From positions 102 to 64,101 of the forward strand of contig DASQHM010000052.1 in NCBI GenBank assembly GCA_035632095.1: 64,000 nucleotides of DNA. The letters are read 5' to 3'. Under the pieces are notes generated by a model that did no database searches, had not been told where the DNA came from, and saw only the letters and a program-made list of their open reading frames with translations. Below, piece after piece: positions 35,079 to 45,473 of the stretch (positions within the stretch are counted from its first letter, which is position 1; each line of letters begins with the position of its first letter). Made by a program: the position numbers and the translations under genes. The DNA comes from Candidatus Cybelea sp. (lineage in GTDB: Bacteria > Pseudomonadota > Alphaproteobacteria > Ferrovibrionales > Ferrovibrionaceae).

Positions 35079-36038
35079 TCACCTCGCGATCAATCTGCGG
35101 TAGACCGGCAGCAGCAGCGCCGGCAGCATGTACATGGGAATCTGCGCCAGAGCGAAGAATACCACCACGGCAAATTCCGCCTTGTCCGCCACGGTCACCA
35201 GCACCAAGCCCATGTTGCAATTGCCGGACATCAAGCCGATGGACAACGCCTCGCGGCGGCCGAGCGGCGCGAAGACACCTGCCGCAACGGCCTGCAAGGC
35301 AAGGTTGGCGACGAAAGCGACGACCGTGACAAGCGCAATATAGCCCGGGCGAGCGATTGCGGCATCGGTGACGCCGGCCATGATGGCAATGGCGAAAAGC
35401 ACCATGGTGAGCACCGTCACGCCGTCGAGTTCCTTGCCGTGGTCGGCGATCCAGCCGGCGGGCACCAGTCTGCGGAGCGCGAACGCCGCGAGGAACGCGA
35501 AGCCGACGATGCCCGCAAGGCGTCCCATGAGATCGAACAGGCCGATCTGGAGCTTCAGGCCCAGCAGCCACAAAGCCATGGGAGGCAGGGTCAAGGGCAC
35601 AAGAGCGGTGGAGACAACCGTCACCACCACGATCAGCGGCGCGTCCAATCCGAGAATAAGGCCGAGCGCCGCGGACGATACGATCGGCGGCGCCGCCGCC
35701 ATCAACACCAGCGCCGTCTTGAGCGGTATCGGCAACGATGTCAGCCAAAGCACCCCGGCCATCAGGACGGGCGAGGCCAGCAGCATCCAGGCTGCAAGCG
35801 TGCCGACGAGCAAAGGCCGGCGACCATAGTCGAGCATGGAACGCCAGTCGAGCCGCATCAATGCGATCGTCAGCGGGATCACCAGGCCGGGGAGCAGGAA
35901 AGGCCGCACGAAATCCGCGAGCCTCGGAAAGACCAGGCCGATCAGGACGCCGAGGCCGAGTGCGCGCGTGGCGTGATGGCCAAGAAATCCAAGCGCTTTG
36001 ATGATGAAAGACACGGGCGGAATACGTCTGGCCGGCAT
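35079..36038 (-). CDS. polytopic membrane transporter (bile acid:Na+ symporter / SBF-like family, tentative)
   Basis: About 319 aa and highly hydrophobic, with ~8-10 predicted TM segments. Its stop lies 5 nt before the NMO start. Start choice (36038 vs 36086) is uncertain and the family call is by general pattern only. Confidence 0.55.
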   Translation of the reverse strand: MPARRIPPVSFIIKALGFLGHHATRALGLGVLIGLVFPRLADFVRPFLLPGLVIPLTIALMRLDWRSMLDYGRRPLLVGTLAAWMLLASPVLMAGVLWLTSLPIPLKTALVLMAAAPPIVSSAALGLILGLDAPLIVVVTVVSTALVPLTLPPMALWLLGLKLQIGLFDLMGRLAGIVGFAFLAAFALRRLVPAGWIADHGKELDGVTVLTMVLFAIAIMAGVTDAAIARPGYIALVTVVAFVANLALQAVAAGVFAPLGRREALSIGLMSGNCNMGLVLVTVADKAEFAVVVFFALAQIPMYMLPALLLPVYRRLIAR

Positions 36039-36138
36039 GCTTGGCGGGAACGCTATGATGATCCGGCGCTCACGCGGCGTCTGCAACTATCTGCTATTAT
36101 TCTTGCGGCATCGGCATCGCCACCGGATGGGTGTTCCC

Positions 36139-36729
36139 ATGACCGAATCTCACCTCTACCACGACGGCAATCGCGAACTTCAGGACCGCTTCCAGAGCCG
36201 GCGCATTGCCGACCGCCTGGAAGAAACGCTGTTCCGCACGCGTTTCACCGATTCCGACAAGGAATACATCGAAGGCTCGATCTACTTCTTCTTGGCGACG
36301 GCGGATGCGCATGGCCGGCCCGATTGCTCGTTCAAGGGCGGCATGCCTGGCTTCGTGCGCGTCGTCGAACCCGACATGCTGGCGTTTCCGGATTACGACG
36401 GCAACGGCATGTTCAAGAGTCTCGGCAACATCCGCGTCAACCGCGAAGTGGGCATGCTGTTCATCGCCATGCACGGCAAGCCCAGGCGGTTGCGCGTCAA
36501 CGGGACCGCGAGCTTGCACTTCGACGATCCGCTGCTGGCGACCTTCACGGGCGCGCAACTGATCGTGCGCGTTCGCGCCCACGCCATTTTTCCCAATTGT
36601 CCGCGCTACATTCCGCCGATGCAGCTCAACGATCATTCGGTTTACGCGCCCCGCCCCGACTACACGCCGCCGGTGCCGGAATGGAAGACCATGGATATGT
36701 TCAAGGACTATCTGCCGCCCCAACGCTGA
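36139..36729 (+). CDS. pyridoxamine 5'-phosphate oxidase-related FMN-binding protein
   Basis: 196 aa (MTESHLYHDGNRELQDRF...FFLATADAHGRPDCSFKGG...GNGMFKSLGNI...RLRVNGTA). Split-barrel PNPOx-like pattern. Confidence 0.75.
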   Translation: MTESHLYHDGNRELQDRFQSRRIADRLEETLFRTRFTDSDKEYIEGSIYFFLATADAHGRPDCSFKGGMPGFVRVVEPDMLAFPDYDGNGMFKSLGNIRVNREVGMLFIAMHGKPRRLRVNGTASLHFDDPLLATFTGAQLIVRVRAHAIFPNCPRYIPPMQLNDHSVYAPRPDYTPPVPEWKTMDMFKDYLPPQR

Positions 36730-36743
36730 CCTAAGGCCGGACA

Positions 36744-37094
36744 ATGCACGCCGTTATCTTCGAGGTGATGCCCAAGCCCGGGCGCGCCCAGGACTATCTC
36801 GACATGGCGGCCGAGCTCAAGCCGCTGTTGGAGGCCATGGACGGCTTCATCTCGGTCGAGCGGTTTCAGAGCCTGACCGATCCGAACAAGTATCTGTCGC
36901 TGTCGTTTTGGCGCGACGAGGCGTCGGTGGCGCGCTGGCGCCGGCACGCGCAGCACCACCAGGCGCAACGTCATGGCCGCGACCAAATTTTCGCCGACTA
37001 CCGGATAAGGGTCGTCTCGGTGTTGCGTGACTACGGCATGTTCGAGCGCGACGAGGCGCCGCAACGCTTCCCGGAGAAGCAGCGCCCCGGCTGA
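36744..37094 (+). CDS. antibiotic biosynthesis monooxygenase (ABM) domain protein
   Basis: 116 aa. Ferredoxin-like ABM pattern (FISVERFQSLTDPNKYLSLSFWRDEASVARWR). Confidence 0.8.
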   Translation: MHAVIFEVMPKPGRAQDYLDMAAELKPLLEAMDGFISVERFQSLTDPNKYLSLSFWRDEASVARWRRHAQHHQAQRHGRDQIFADYRIRVVSVLRDYGMFERDEAPQRFPEKQRPG

Positions 37095-37099
37095 GCCTT

Positions 37100-37558
37100 C
37101 TATAAGACCTGGTGCACGTAGTAAGTCGGGCCGCTGGCCGAGCGCGCGCCGGTCGCGATGCAACAGATGCCGTTGAGCCAGGCATATTTATCGGACGAGG
37201 TCTCGAAATAGGGCGTCGAGCGGAAATAATACAGGCTTGGATCGACGTTCTCGCCCTTGTTCAGCCGCTCGATCACGTCCGTCGGCCCGTGGCGGAAGCC
37301 CTTGTAGGTCATATAGATGTGGTGCTTGTCATCGGTCTCAAGGGTGAGGCGCACGTCAAGTTGCAACACGCCGTCGCGCCGCAGCAAGATCCAATCGCCG
37401 CCGCCCGGCAGGGCGTGTCCCTTGAGCTTCGGGCCTTCGAAGGTGCCGCCCATGACCCGCGCGATGATGCGCCGCCCGTAGGGCGTCTCGCCGAGGTTCA
37501 TCGGCGGCGGCACTTCGAGCGTCAGCTTGAGCAAGAACTCGGTCTTGATATCCGGCAT
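37100..37558 (-). CDS. DUF3237 (UPF0311) family protein
   Basis: 152 aa from the ATG at 37558. Pattern GETPYGRRIIARVMGGTFEGPKLKGHALPGGGDWILLRRDGVLQLDVRLTLETDD. Confidence 0.75.
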   Translation of the reverse strand: MPDIKTEFLLKLTLEVPPPMNLGETPYGRRIIARVMGGTFEGPKLKGHALPGGGDWILLRRDGVLQLDVRLTLETDDKHHIYMTYKGFRHGPTDVIERLNKGENVDPSLYYFRSTPYFETSSDKYAWLNGICCIATGARSASGPTYYVHQVL

Positions 37559-37723
37559 GGCGGCGGCTCCCTCCCTAGCGATCAACCGCAAGTGTAACCC
37601 AACTTCGCCGAAATACTCGGGTCAGTGTCACCTCCGAGGGTCGTATCGACCCGCCCCGGGCGGAGCGTTAAGGTGCGCTCGGCGGCCGGCCGGCGGTCTT
37701 TGATGCAACAGTGAGGTGCGCGA

Positions 37724-38863
37724 ATGCAAATGTCTCGCTCCTGGCGCCACATGGGGCATTCGGCGCCAGGCACAGCGCCCGGCACGCTGGTCGCCGATCC
37801 CGATGCGGCGAAATCGGTCGTTCGCTTGACGCTCTATGGCCCGTCGGGCGTCGAAGAGCGCACACTCGATACATTGGACGAACTTCCGGGCCTGATCGGC
37901 GGAGACCGCAAACTGTGGGTCGACGTGCGCGGCCTCGGCAGTCTCGACACTATCGTCCGGCTCGGCGAGATATTCGGCCTGCATCGCTTGGCTTTGGAAG
38001 ATGTGCTGAATACCGGTCAGCGGCCCAAAGTCGAGCCCTTCAACGACTATCTGTTCGTCGTCGCGCGCATCCCGCAAAGCGGCGAACGATTCCGATCCGA
38101 GCAATTCGCCCTGTTCTTCGGCAAGGGCTGGCTGGTCTCGTTCCAGGAAGGCCGGCAGGCGTCCGACCCGTCGGACAAGAAGGACGACTGCTTTGCCCTG
38201 GTCGGCGAACGGGTTCGGCAGCGCCGCGGCCGGATCGCCGAGTTGGGGACCGACTATCTCGCCTACGCCTTGCTCGACACGGTGATCGACGCCTATTTCC
38301 CGGTGCTGGAGGATTTCGGCGAGCGGGTCGAAGTGCTGGAGCGGGACGTGATCGGCCGCGCCGACCGCAGCGTCGTCGCGCGCATCTATCGCATGAAGCG
38401 CGACCTGCTGGGCGTGCGGCGCGCCATCTGGCCGGCGCGCGAGGTGGTCAACGCGCTCATTCGCGACGATGACGGATTCGTCGCCGACGCGACGAAGGTG
38501 TTCCTGCGCGATTGCTACGACCACACGGTGCAGCTCATCGACAACGTCGAAACCTACCGCGACATCTCGGCGGGCCTGATCGACGTCTATCTGTCGAGCG
38601 TCAACACGCGCTTGAACGAGGTGATGAAGGTGCTGACCGTCATCGCCACGATCTTCATGCCGCTCAGTTTCATCACCAGCCTCTACGGCATGAATTTCGA
38701 CCGGCAATCGCCTTGGAATTTGCCCGAACTCAGCTGGCGGTTCGGCTATTTCTATGCGCTCGGCCTGATGGCGATTGTCGCCTTCGGCATGCTCGTGTTC
38801 TTCCGCCGCAAGGGTTGGCTCGGGCGCGGTTGGCGCGCCGACACCGAGACGCCGGAGAAATGA
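37724..38863 (+). CDS. corA: magnesium/cobalt transporter CorA
   Basis: 379 aa. C-terminal two-TM region with the signature YGMNF. A GTGAGGTG SD lies upstream. Confidence 0.9.
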   Translation: MQMSRSWRHMGHSAPGTAPGTLVADPDAAKSVVRLTLYGPSGVEERTLDTLDELPGLIGGDRKLWVDVRGLGSLDTIVRLGEIFGLHRLALEDVLNTGQRPKVEPFNDYLFVVARIPQSGERFRSEQFALFFGKGWLVSFQEGRQASDPSDKKDDCFALVGERVRQRRGRIAELGTDYLAYALLDTVIDAYFPVLEDFGERVEVLERDVIGRADRSVVARIYRMKRDLLGVRRAIWPAREVVNALIRDDDGFVADATKVFLRDCYDHTVQLIDNVETYRDISAGLIDVYLSSVNTRLNEVMKVLTVIATIFMPLSFITSLYGMNFDRQSPWNLPELSWRFGYFYALGLMAIVAFGMLVFFRRKGWLGRGWRADTETPEK

Positions 38864-38994
38864 GCCGCGTGTCCTCACGCGTTCCGTAAGTGCGGCGCTC
38901 CGCCGCATGGAACCCGCAATCCTGCGCGACAATTTCCGAAGACATTCGGCGACCATTTTGGCCGCTCTTCCTGCGACATTCGAAGGAGGGCGCG

Positions 38995-39390
38995 ATGATG
39001 CCTGAGACATTTCCAGCCGCGTCGCCGGCGTCGGGCGGTCTGCATCCCGCCATCTACAGGATCATGCTGGTGTTGGCCGCGTGGTTTGTGATTGCCGCAT
39101 GGGGATTTTCGGACGGCGGTCACATTGCGCTCGATCTCGCCATGATGACGGCGCTGGTGATCGTAATCGTGGGGATACCTGTGCTGTCCTGGCGCATCTG
39201 GCGAAACCAAGGACACGCCGGAGACGCCGGCGCCGAGCCGGGATCATTGAAACAATGGTCGGCGCGCGAGTTCCAAATTTGGAACGGCCGGACCACCGGC
39301 GCCGATGCGATGGTCGAGATTCTCACGCCCCTGTTTGCCGGGGCGCTTGGACTGACCGCTTTCGCGATCGTCTTCCGCCTGGTGAGCTAG
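38995..39390 (+). CDS. small integral membrane protein, unknown function
   Basis: 131 aa from the ATG at 38995 with a strong SD (GAAGGAGGG). Three hydrophobic helices (IMLVLAAWFVIAAWGF, LAMMTALVIVIVGIPVL, ILTPLFAGALGLTAFAIVF). Confidence 0.6.
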   Translation: MMPETFPAASPASGGLHPAIYRIMLVLAAWFVIAAWGFSDGGHIALDLAMMTALVIVIVGIPVLSWRIWRNQGHAGDAGAEPGSLKQWSAREFQIWNGRTTGADAMVEILTPLFAGALGLTAFAIVFRLVS

Positions 39391-39613
39391 CTGCGACGAT
39401 TCATCACACACTGCGTCACGCTGTCGCCACATTGGGCAGCTTCAGTCGGACCTGCAGCTGATGCGAAAAGGCGGCACCGCGCGACCGCGCGGGCGATCGG
39501 GCACGACAACGTGGCCGGGTGCGGAGTCTGCACTTCAAAAATGCCGCCGATCGAGCAGGTCTGTCTTCGAAAAGTGGGGGCTGGAAACTCCAAGCGACAG
39601 GGAGAACAGCACC

Positions 39614-40825
39614 ATGTATCGAAAAATCACCCTCACATCGGTTATCGCATTGCTGGGCGCCGGTTTGGCGCACGGGCCGGCGTTCGCCGCCAAGAACTAC
39701 GGGCCGGGCGTCAGCGACACGGAGATCAAGCTCGGCCAGACCATGCCGTACAGCGGGCCCGCGTCATCCTACGGAACGATCGGCAGGATCGAGGCGGCGT
39801 ATTTCAAGATGATCAACGACAAGGGCGGCATCAACGGCCGCAAGATCGATCTGATCTCGCTCGACGACGGATACGATCCGCCGAAGACCGTCGAGCAGAT
39901 GCGCAAGCTTGTCGAAGAGGACAACGTGCTTCTCGACTTCAATTCGCTCGGCACGCCCACCAACACCGCGATCCAAAGATACTTGAACCTGAAAAAGGTG
40001 CCGCAGCTCTTCATCGCCTCGGGCGCCACCAAGTGGGGCAATCCGAAGCGCTTTCCCTGGACCATGGGCTGGCAGCCGAGCTACCAGACCGAGGGGCACA
40101 TCTACGCCAAGTACATCTTGCAGAAGTTCCCCGACGCGAAGATCGGCGTGCTCTACCAGGACGACGACTACGGCAAGGATTATCTCAAGGGTCTGGTCGA
40201 CGGATTGGGCGCAAAGGCGCAGTCCATGATCGTCAAGCGGGATACCTATGAGACCACCGATCCCACTGTCGAATCGCAGGTCATCGGCCTGCAAGGCTCC
40301 GGCGCCAATGTGTTCTACAACGTTTCGATTCCGAAGTATGCGGCGCAGGCCATTCGCAAGGCATACGACATCGGCTGGCATCCGACGCAATTGCTCAACA
40401 ATGTTTCGGCTTCCGTCGGCGCCACGCTCAAGCCTGCGGGCCTCGACAAGGCGACCGGCATCGTTTCGACGCAATACCTGAAGGATCCCACCGATCCGCG
40501 TTGGCAGAACGACCAGAAGATGATCGAGTTCAAGGCATTCCTGGCGAAATACGATCCGGAGGCCGACCCGAGCGACGCAAACAACGCGTACGGCTATTCG
40601 GTTTCCGAGACGATGGTTCAAGTCCTCAAGCAGTGCGGCGACGACTTGACCCGCGAGTCCGTCATGGAACAGGCGGCATCGTTGCACGATTTCTCGCTGC
40701 CGCTCCTGCTGCCGGGCATTGAGGTGCATACGAGCGCGACGCACTTCTATCCGGTCGATCAGGAACAGTTGGTGCGGTTCGACGGCAAGACCTGGGTGCC
40801 GTTCGGCGATCTGGTCAGCGGCTAG
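39614..40825 (+). CDS. ABC transporter substrate-binding protein (LivK / branched-chain amino acid type), orphan
   Basis: 403 aa from the ATG at 39614 with a signal peptide ending AFAAK. Type-I periplasmic binding pattern (IKLGQTMPYSGPASSYG..., GINGRKIDLISLDDGYDPPKTV). No permease or ATPase gene is adjacent. Confidence 0.85.
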   Translation: MYRKITLTSVIALLGAGLAHGPAFAAKNYGPGVSDTEIKLGQTMPYSGPASSYGTIGRIEAAYFKMINDKGGINGRKIDLISLDDGYDPPKTVEQMRKLVEEDNVLLDFNSLGTPTNTAIQRYLNLKKVPQLFIASGATKWGNPKRFPWTMGWQPSYQTEGHIYAKYILQKFPDAKIGVLYQDDDYGKDYLKGLVDGLGAKAQSMIVKRDTYETTDPTVESQVIGLQGSGANVFYNVSIPKYAAQAIRKAYDIGWHPTQLLNNVSASVGATLKPAGLDKATGIVSTQYLKDPTDPRWQNDQKMIEFKAFLAKYDPEADPSDANNAYGYSVSETMVQVLKQCGDDLTRESVMEQAASLHDFSLPLLLPGIEVHTSATHFYPVDQEQLVRFDGKTWVPFGDLVSG

Positions 40826-40864
40826 GCGGGGTTTCGCAAGCTCCCAACATCGAGGACATGTGAC

Positions 40865-41182
40865 ATGACGAAATCCATGACGCGCTTCGCCTCAGCCATA
40901 GTGGCTGTCGCGGCGCTGATCGCGGCTCCTGCGGATGCCGCCGTGGTCGGCCAGGTTCACGCTGCCGTGGCGGCAAAACCTTCGCCCATGTCTCGCCATC
41001 GCGTCGAACAGGTTCAAGCCGCGCTGGCGAACAGCGGCGAGACCCTGCCGATCGACGGCATCTGGGGGAAGCAGACCCGGAGCGCGCTGCGCGACTACCA
41101 GAAGCAGCACGGTTTGAGGGCTTCCGGACAACTCAATCGGGCGACCCTGCGGAAGCTCAATCCGCCGACCTGGAAGGGTTGA
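40865..41182 (+). CDS. small secreted peptidoglycan-binding (PG_binding_1) domain protein
   Basis: 105 aa with a signal peptide (AVAALIAAPADA). C-terminal pattern VQAALANSGETLPIDGIWGKQTRSALRDYQKQHGLRASGQLNRATLRKL. Confidence 0.75.
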   Translation: MTKSMTRFASAIVAVAALIAAPADAAVVGQVHAAVAAKPSPMSRHRVEQVQAALANSGETLPIDGIWGKQTRSALRDYQKQHGLRASGQLNRATLRKLNPPTWKG

Positions 41183-41190
41183 TCGCCGCC

Positions 41191-41214
41191 GGCCGGAGCG
41201 AATTCGTTCCGGTC
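41191..41214. terminator. palindromic hairpin between convergent genes (bidirectional terminator candidate)
   Basis: CCGGAGCGAA/TTCGTTCCGG near-perfect 10-bp arms (one G-U) plus 2 further pairs (G-C and G-U). It lies between the PG-binding gene stop (41182) and the oxoprolinase stop (41213). There is no clear U tract. Confidence 0.3.
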
Positions 41215-44200
41215 ATTCGGCAGCTTGCTTTCGCGCCGCGCTCAAACCGAAACCGCCGCCGGACGGCGTCTGGATGACGAACACGTCGCCCGCCCGCATC
41301 TCGGTGCGGTCGCGGCCCTCCAGCTCGTCGCGCGTCCCGTCGCTGCGCTCGACCCATTGCCGGCCGACCTGGCCCGGCTCGCCGCCCGCAAGGCCGAAGG
41401 GCGGCACGGTGCGGTGGCTCGCGAGGATCGCCGCCGTCATCGGCTCGAGGAAGCGGATGCGCCGGAGCGTGCCGTCGCCGCCGTGATGCGCGCCGCGTCC
41501 GCCCGAACCGCGCCGTATCTCGAAGCTCTCCAGGACCACCGGGAAGCGCCATTCGAGAATTTCCGGATCGGTGAGGCGGGCGTTGGTCATGTGCGTATGC
41601 ACGGCGCTGGTGCCGTCGAAATCGGCGCCGGCGCCGGAGCCGCCGCAGATTGTCTCGTAATACTGATACCGCTCGTTGCCGAAAGTGAAATTGTTCATGG
41701 TGCCTTGCGCGGCGGCCATGACGCCGAGCGCGCCGAATAGCGCATCGGTGATGCATTGGCTGGTCTCGACGTTGCCGGCGACCACGGCCGCGGGATATTT
41801 CGGGTTCAGCATGGAGCCTTCCGGCACGATCAATTCGATCGGCTTCAGGCAGCCGCCGTTCAAGGGAATGTCGGTGTCCACCAAGCAGCGGAACACATAA
41901 AGCACCGCCGCGACGCAGACCGCTTTCGGCGCGTTGTAGTTGGTCGGATGCTGGCCGCTGGTGCCGGTGAAGTCGATGACGGCGGCGCGGCGCTCGTGGT
42001 CGACCTTGACGGAAACGACGATCTTGTAGCCGTCGTCCATAGCGTAGGTGAACTTGCCGTCCTTCAATTTCGTCAGCACACGGCGCACCGATTCCTCGGC
42101 GTTGTCCTGCACGTGGCGCATATAGGCGTGCACCACATCGAGGCCGAATTCCTCCACCATGCGGCGGAGCTCCTGCGCGCCCTTCTCGCAGGACGCGATC
42201 TGCGCCTTCAGGTCGGCGATGTTCTGGGCCGGGTTGCGCGAGGGGTATTTGCCGGAACGGAGCAGCGCTTCGACTTCCGTTTCGAGAAACCGGCCGCGGT
42301 CCACCGCCTGGAAATTGTCGATGAGCACGCCTTCCTCTTCCACGGTGCGGCTGTCGGGCGGCATGGAGCCGGGCGTGGTGCCGCCGATATCGGCGTGATG
42401 TCCGCGCGAAGCGACGTAGAACAGCACGCGCAAACCTTCCGAATCGAACACCGGCGTTATCACGGTCACGTCCGGCAAATGCGTGCCGCCGTTGTACGGC
42501 GCATTCAGCACATAGACGTCGCCGGGGCGCATGGTCCCGGCGCGCGTGCGGATGACCGTCTTGATGCTTTCGCTCATGGAACCGAGATGCACGGGCATGT
42601 GTGGCGCATTGGCGATGAGCTCACCGTCCAGGTCGAAGATGGCGCAGGAAAAATCCAGGCGCTCCTTGATGTTCACCGAGTAGGCCGTCTTCTCCAGCAC
42701 CGAACCCATCTGCTCGGCGATAGACATGAAGAGATTGTTGAAGATCTCCAGCATCACCGGATCCACGTCGGTGCCGATGGCGCTGCGCTTCGGCAACGCT
42801 TCCATGCGGGTCAATATCAAATGGCGCTTGGGCGTGAGTTCCGCGCGCCAGCCGGGCTCGACGACCGTGGTGGCCGTGGACTCGGCAATGATCGCGGGCC
42901 CGTTTACCGTGTCGCCGGCGCGAAGCGCGTCGCGGTCGATCACCGGCGCATCGCGCCACGCGCCCGCCATGTGCACGCACACATCGGCGAGCTTCGGCAC
43001 CGCGGCGCCGGAACGGCCGCCGCCGGTCGCTGCAAGCGGCTCGTCCATGTCCGCGCCCTTGCCGACGGCTTCGACGGCGATGGCCTCGATGATGAGTTGC
43101 TTTTCCGGCGAATGGAATCCGTAGCGCTGGCGATGGGCGGCTTCGAACGCCTCGGTGACCTGGGCCAGCGCGCCGAAATCCACCGAAAGCGGCGTATCCG
43201 ATCCGGCGTAGCGCAAATGCAGGCGGCGATGCACGTCGATCCGCGCAGGCTCGACGCCCTGGCGCTGCATCTCGCGCGCCGCATCGCCCGCCAAGGTCTC
43301 GAGTTGCTTCGCCGAATCCGCGAGCGCGGCCTCGGTCAGCGATGTCTCGACGGCTTTTTCGCGCATGAGCCGCATGTCGGCGAGACCCATGCCGTAGGCC
43401 GACAGGACGCCCGCATAGGGATGCAGCAGCACCTTGGTGATGCCGAGCGCATCGGCCACCGGGCAGGCATGCTGGCCGCCGGCGCCGCCGAAGCAGTTCA
43501 GCACGTAGCGGGTGACGTCGTAGCCGCGCGCCACGGAAATCTTCTTGATGGCGTTGGCCATGTTCTCGACGGCGATAGCGAGAAAGCCTTCCGCCACCTG
43601 TTCGGGCGTGCGGGCGTCGCCGGTCGCTTCCGTGATGCGCGCCGCCAAGGCAGCGAATTTCTCGCGCACGACCGCCGCGTCGAGCGGTTGATCGCCCTTC
43701 GGCCCGAAGACTTTCGGAAAGAAGCGCGGATCGATCTTGCCCAGCATCACGTTGCAATCGGTCACCGTGAGCGGGCCGCCCTTACGGTAGCAGGCCGGGC
43801 CCGGAACCGCACCGGCTGAATCCGGGCCGACCCGGTAACGTGCGCCGTCGAAATGCAGGATCGAGCCGCCACCGGCCGCCACCGTGTTGATGAGCATCAT
43901 CGGCGCGCGCATGCGCACACCTGCGACCAGGGTTTCGAAGGTGCGTTCGTACTCGCCGTTGAAGTGGCTCACGTCCGTCGAGGTGCCGCCCATGTCGAAA
44001 CCGATGACGCGGGTGAAGCCCGCCATCTGCGACGTGCGCGCCATGCCGACCACGCCGCCAGCCGGGCCGGACAGGATCGAATCCTTGCCCTGGAAGTACC
44101 GCGCGTCGGTCAGGCCGCCGTTCGATTGCATGAACATGAGCCGCGTGTCGCGGATATCGCCGGCCACCTGTTCCACATAGCGGCGCAGGATCGGCGACAG

Positions 44201-44866
44201 GTAGGCATCGACGACGGTCGTATCGCCGCGGCTCACCAGCTTCATCAGCGGGCTGACCTCGTGACTGGTCGACACTTGGGTAAAGCCGATGCGCCGCGCC
44301 AGCTCGGCCACTTTCCGCTCGTGCTCGGTGTATCGATAGCCGTGCATGAAGACGATGGCGCACGCGCGAATGCCGGAGGCGAAAGCCGACTGAAGCTCGT
44401 TGCGGGCGGCTTCCAAGTCGAGCGTCGTCAGCACGTCGCCTTGCGCGGAGACGCGCTCGGTCACCTCCACGACACGCTCGTACAGCATCTCGGGCAGCAC
44501 GATGTGCAGGTCGAAGAGCTTCGGCCGGGTCTGGTAGCCGATGCGCAAGGCGTCGCGAAACCCGCGCGTGGCGACGAGCAGCGTGCGCTCGCCCTTGCGC
44601 TCGAGCAGCGCATTGGTGGCGACGGTGGTGCCCATCTTCACCGCCGCGATCCGTTCCGCCGGCAACGGTTCGCCGGCCTTCAGCCCAAGGACGTCGCGCA
44701 TGCCCTGCACCGCGGCGTCGCCATAGCGGCCGGGGTTCTCCGACAGTAGTTTGTGCGTGTGGATTTCGCCGCCGGGCGCCCGCGCCACCACGTCGGTGAA
44801 CGTACCGCCCCGGTCGATCCAGAATTCCCAGGTCCCCGGCGTGCCGGCGACAGTGCTGACGCTCAT
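41213..44866 (-). CDS. fused hydantoinase A/B family enzyme (5-oxoprolinase-like, ATP-hydrolysing)
   Basis: 1217 aa. N-terminus [14 protein letters not shown] (HyuA-type), with a C-terminal HyuB-type half. Single continuous ORF. Confidence 0.88.
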   Translation of the reverse strand: MSVSTVAGTPGTWEFWIDRGGTFTDVVARAPGGEIHTHKLLSENPGRYGDAAVQGMRDVLGLKAGEPLPAERIAAVKMGTTVATNALLERKGERTLLVATRGFRDALRIGYQTRPKLFDLHIVLPEMLYERVVEVTERVSAQGDVLTTLDLEAARNELQSAFASGIRACAIVFMHGYRYTEHERKVAELARRIGFTQVSTSHEVSPLMKLVSRGDTTVVDAYLSPILRRYVEQVAGDIRDTRLMFMQSNGGLTDARYFQGKDSILSGPAGGVVGMARTSQMAGFTRVIGFDMGGTSTDVSHFNGEYERTFETLVAGVRMRAPMMLINTVAAGGGSILHFDGARYRVGPDSAGAVPGPACYRKGGPLTVTDCNVMLGKIDPRFFPKVFGPKGDQPLDAAVVREKFAALAARITEATGDARTPEQVAEGFLAIAVENMANAIKKISVARGYDVTRYVLNCFGGAGGQHACPVADALGITKVLLHPYAGVLSAYGMGLADMRLMREKAVETSLTEAALADSAKQLETLAGDAAREMQRQGVEPARIDVHRRLHLRYAGSDTPLSVDFGALAQVTEAFEAAHRQRYGFHSPEKQLIIEAIAVEAVGKGADMDEPLAATGGGRSGAAVPKLADVCVHMAGAWRDAPVIDRDALRAGDTVNGPAIIAESTATTVVEPGWRAELTPKRHLILTRMEALPKRSAIGTDVDPVMLEIFNNLFMSIAEQMGSVLEKTAYSVNIKERLDFSCAIFDLDGELIANAPHMPVHLGSMSESIKTVIRTRAGTMRPGDVYVLNAPYNGGTHLPDVTVITPVFDSEGLRVLFYVASRGHHADIGGTTPGSMPPDSRTVEEEGVLIDNFQAVDRGRFLETEVEALLRSGKYPSRNPAQNIADLKAQIASCEKGAQELRRMVEEFGLDVVHAYMRHVQDNAEESVRRVLTKLKDGKFTYAMDDGYKIVVSVKVDHERRAAVIDFTGTSGQHPTNYNAPKAVCVAAVLYVFRCLVDTDIPLNGGCLKPIELIVPEGSMLNPKYPAAVVAGNVETSQCITDALFGALGVMAAAQGTMNNFTFGNERYQYYETICGGSGAGADFDGTSAVHTHMTNARLTDPEILEWRFPVVLESFEIRRGSGGRGAHHGGDGTLRRIRFLEPMTAAILASHRTVPPFGLAGGEPGQVGRQWVERSDGTRDELEGRDRTEMRAGDVFVIQTPSGGGFGLSAARKQAAE

Positions 44867-45001
44867 TAAATTCTTCCTCGATCTTCGACCGGGGGAATCT
44901 GGGGCCGGGCGCCAGTGGCGTCAACTTGGCGGTCGCCTCGTCACAAATTCGCGTCGCCGGCCGTCTTCACGTTATCGGCGCATTTCAGGGAGTCGGTCAC
45001 C

Positions 45002-45430
45002 ATGGCCCTGTCGAGCGACTATCGGGCGCTTCTCGCCCGTCATCTTGCGGCGGAAAACCAGCATCGGCTAGACGATGTGCTGGCGACGCTGACACCCGAT
45101 TGCGTGTTTCGCGACTTCGCCCTGGCACAGAGCTTTCGCGGCCATGAAGGAGCGGGCCGTTACTACCGGCTTTGGTGGGATGCCTTCGGCCACGTGGTCG
45201 CGCGCGAAAAGCTGCACGAAGCGGGCGAGCGCAGCTGCATCGCCGAGGTGCGTTTCCAGGGGCGACACGACGGACCCTTTCTCGGCATACCGGCGACCGG
45301 CCGCGCCATCGACCTGCCGATCGCCATCGTCGTCGATCTCGGCGAGACCCTGATGTCGGGCGAGCGCTTCTACTGGGACATGGCGACGTTGCTGCGCCAG
45401 ATCGGGCGCACGTCGCTCCCCGACGTCTAA
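45002..45430 (+). CDS. SnoaL-like / ester cyclase NTF2-fold protein
   Basis: 142 aa from the ATG at 45002 (AGGGAG SD). Pattern ...HEGAGRYYRLWWDAFG...FQGRHDGPFLGIPATGRAIDLPIAIV... Confidence 0.75.
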   Translation: MALSSDYRALLARHLAAENQHRLDDVLATLTPDCVFRDFALAQSFRGHEGAGRYYRLWWDAFGHVVAREKLHEAGERSCIAEVRFQGRHDGPFLGIPATGRAIDLPIAIVVDLGETLMSGERFYWDMATLLRQIGRTSLPDV

Positions 45431-45473
45431 GGGGCGCCTTGCCGCGCAGCCGCGGCCTCGCCATGATCGCACC

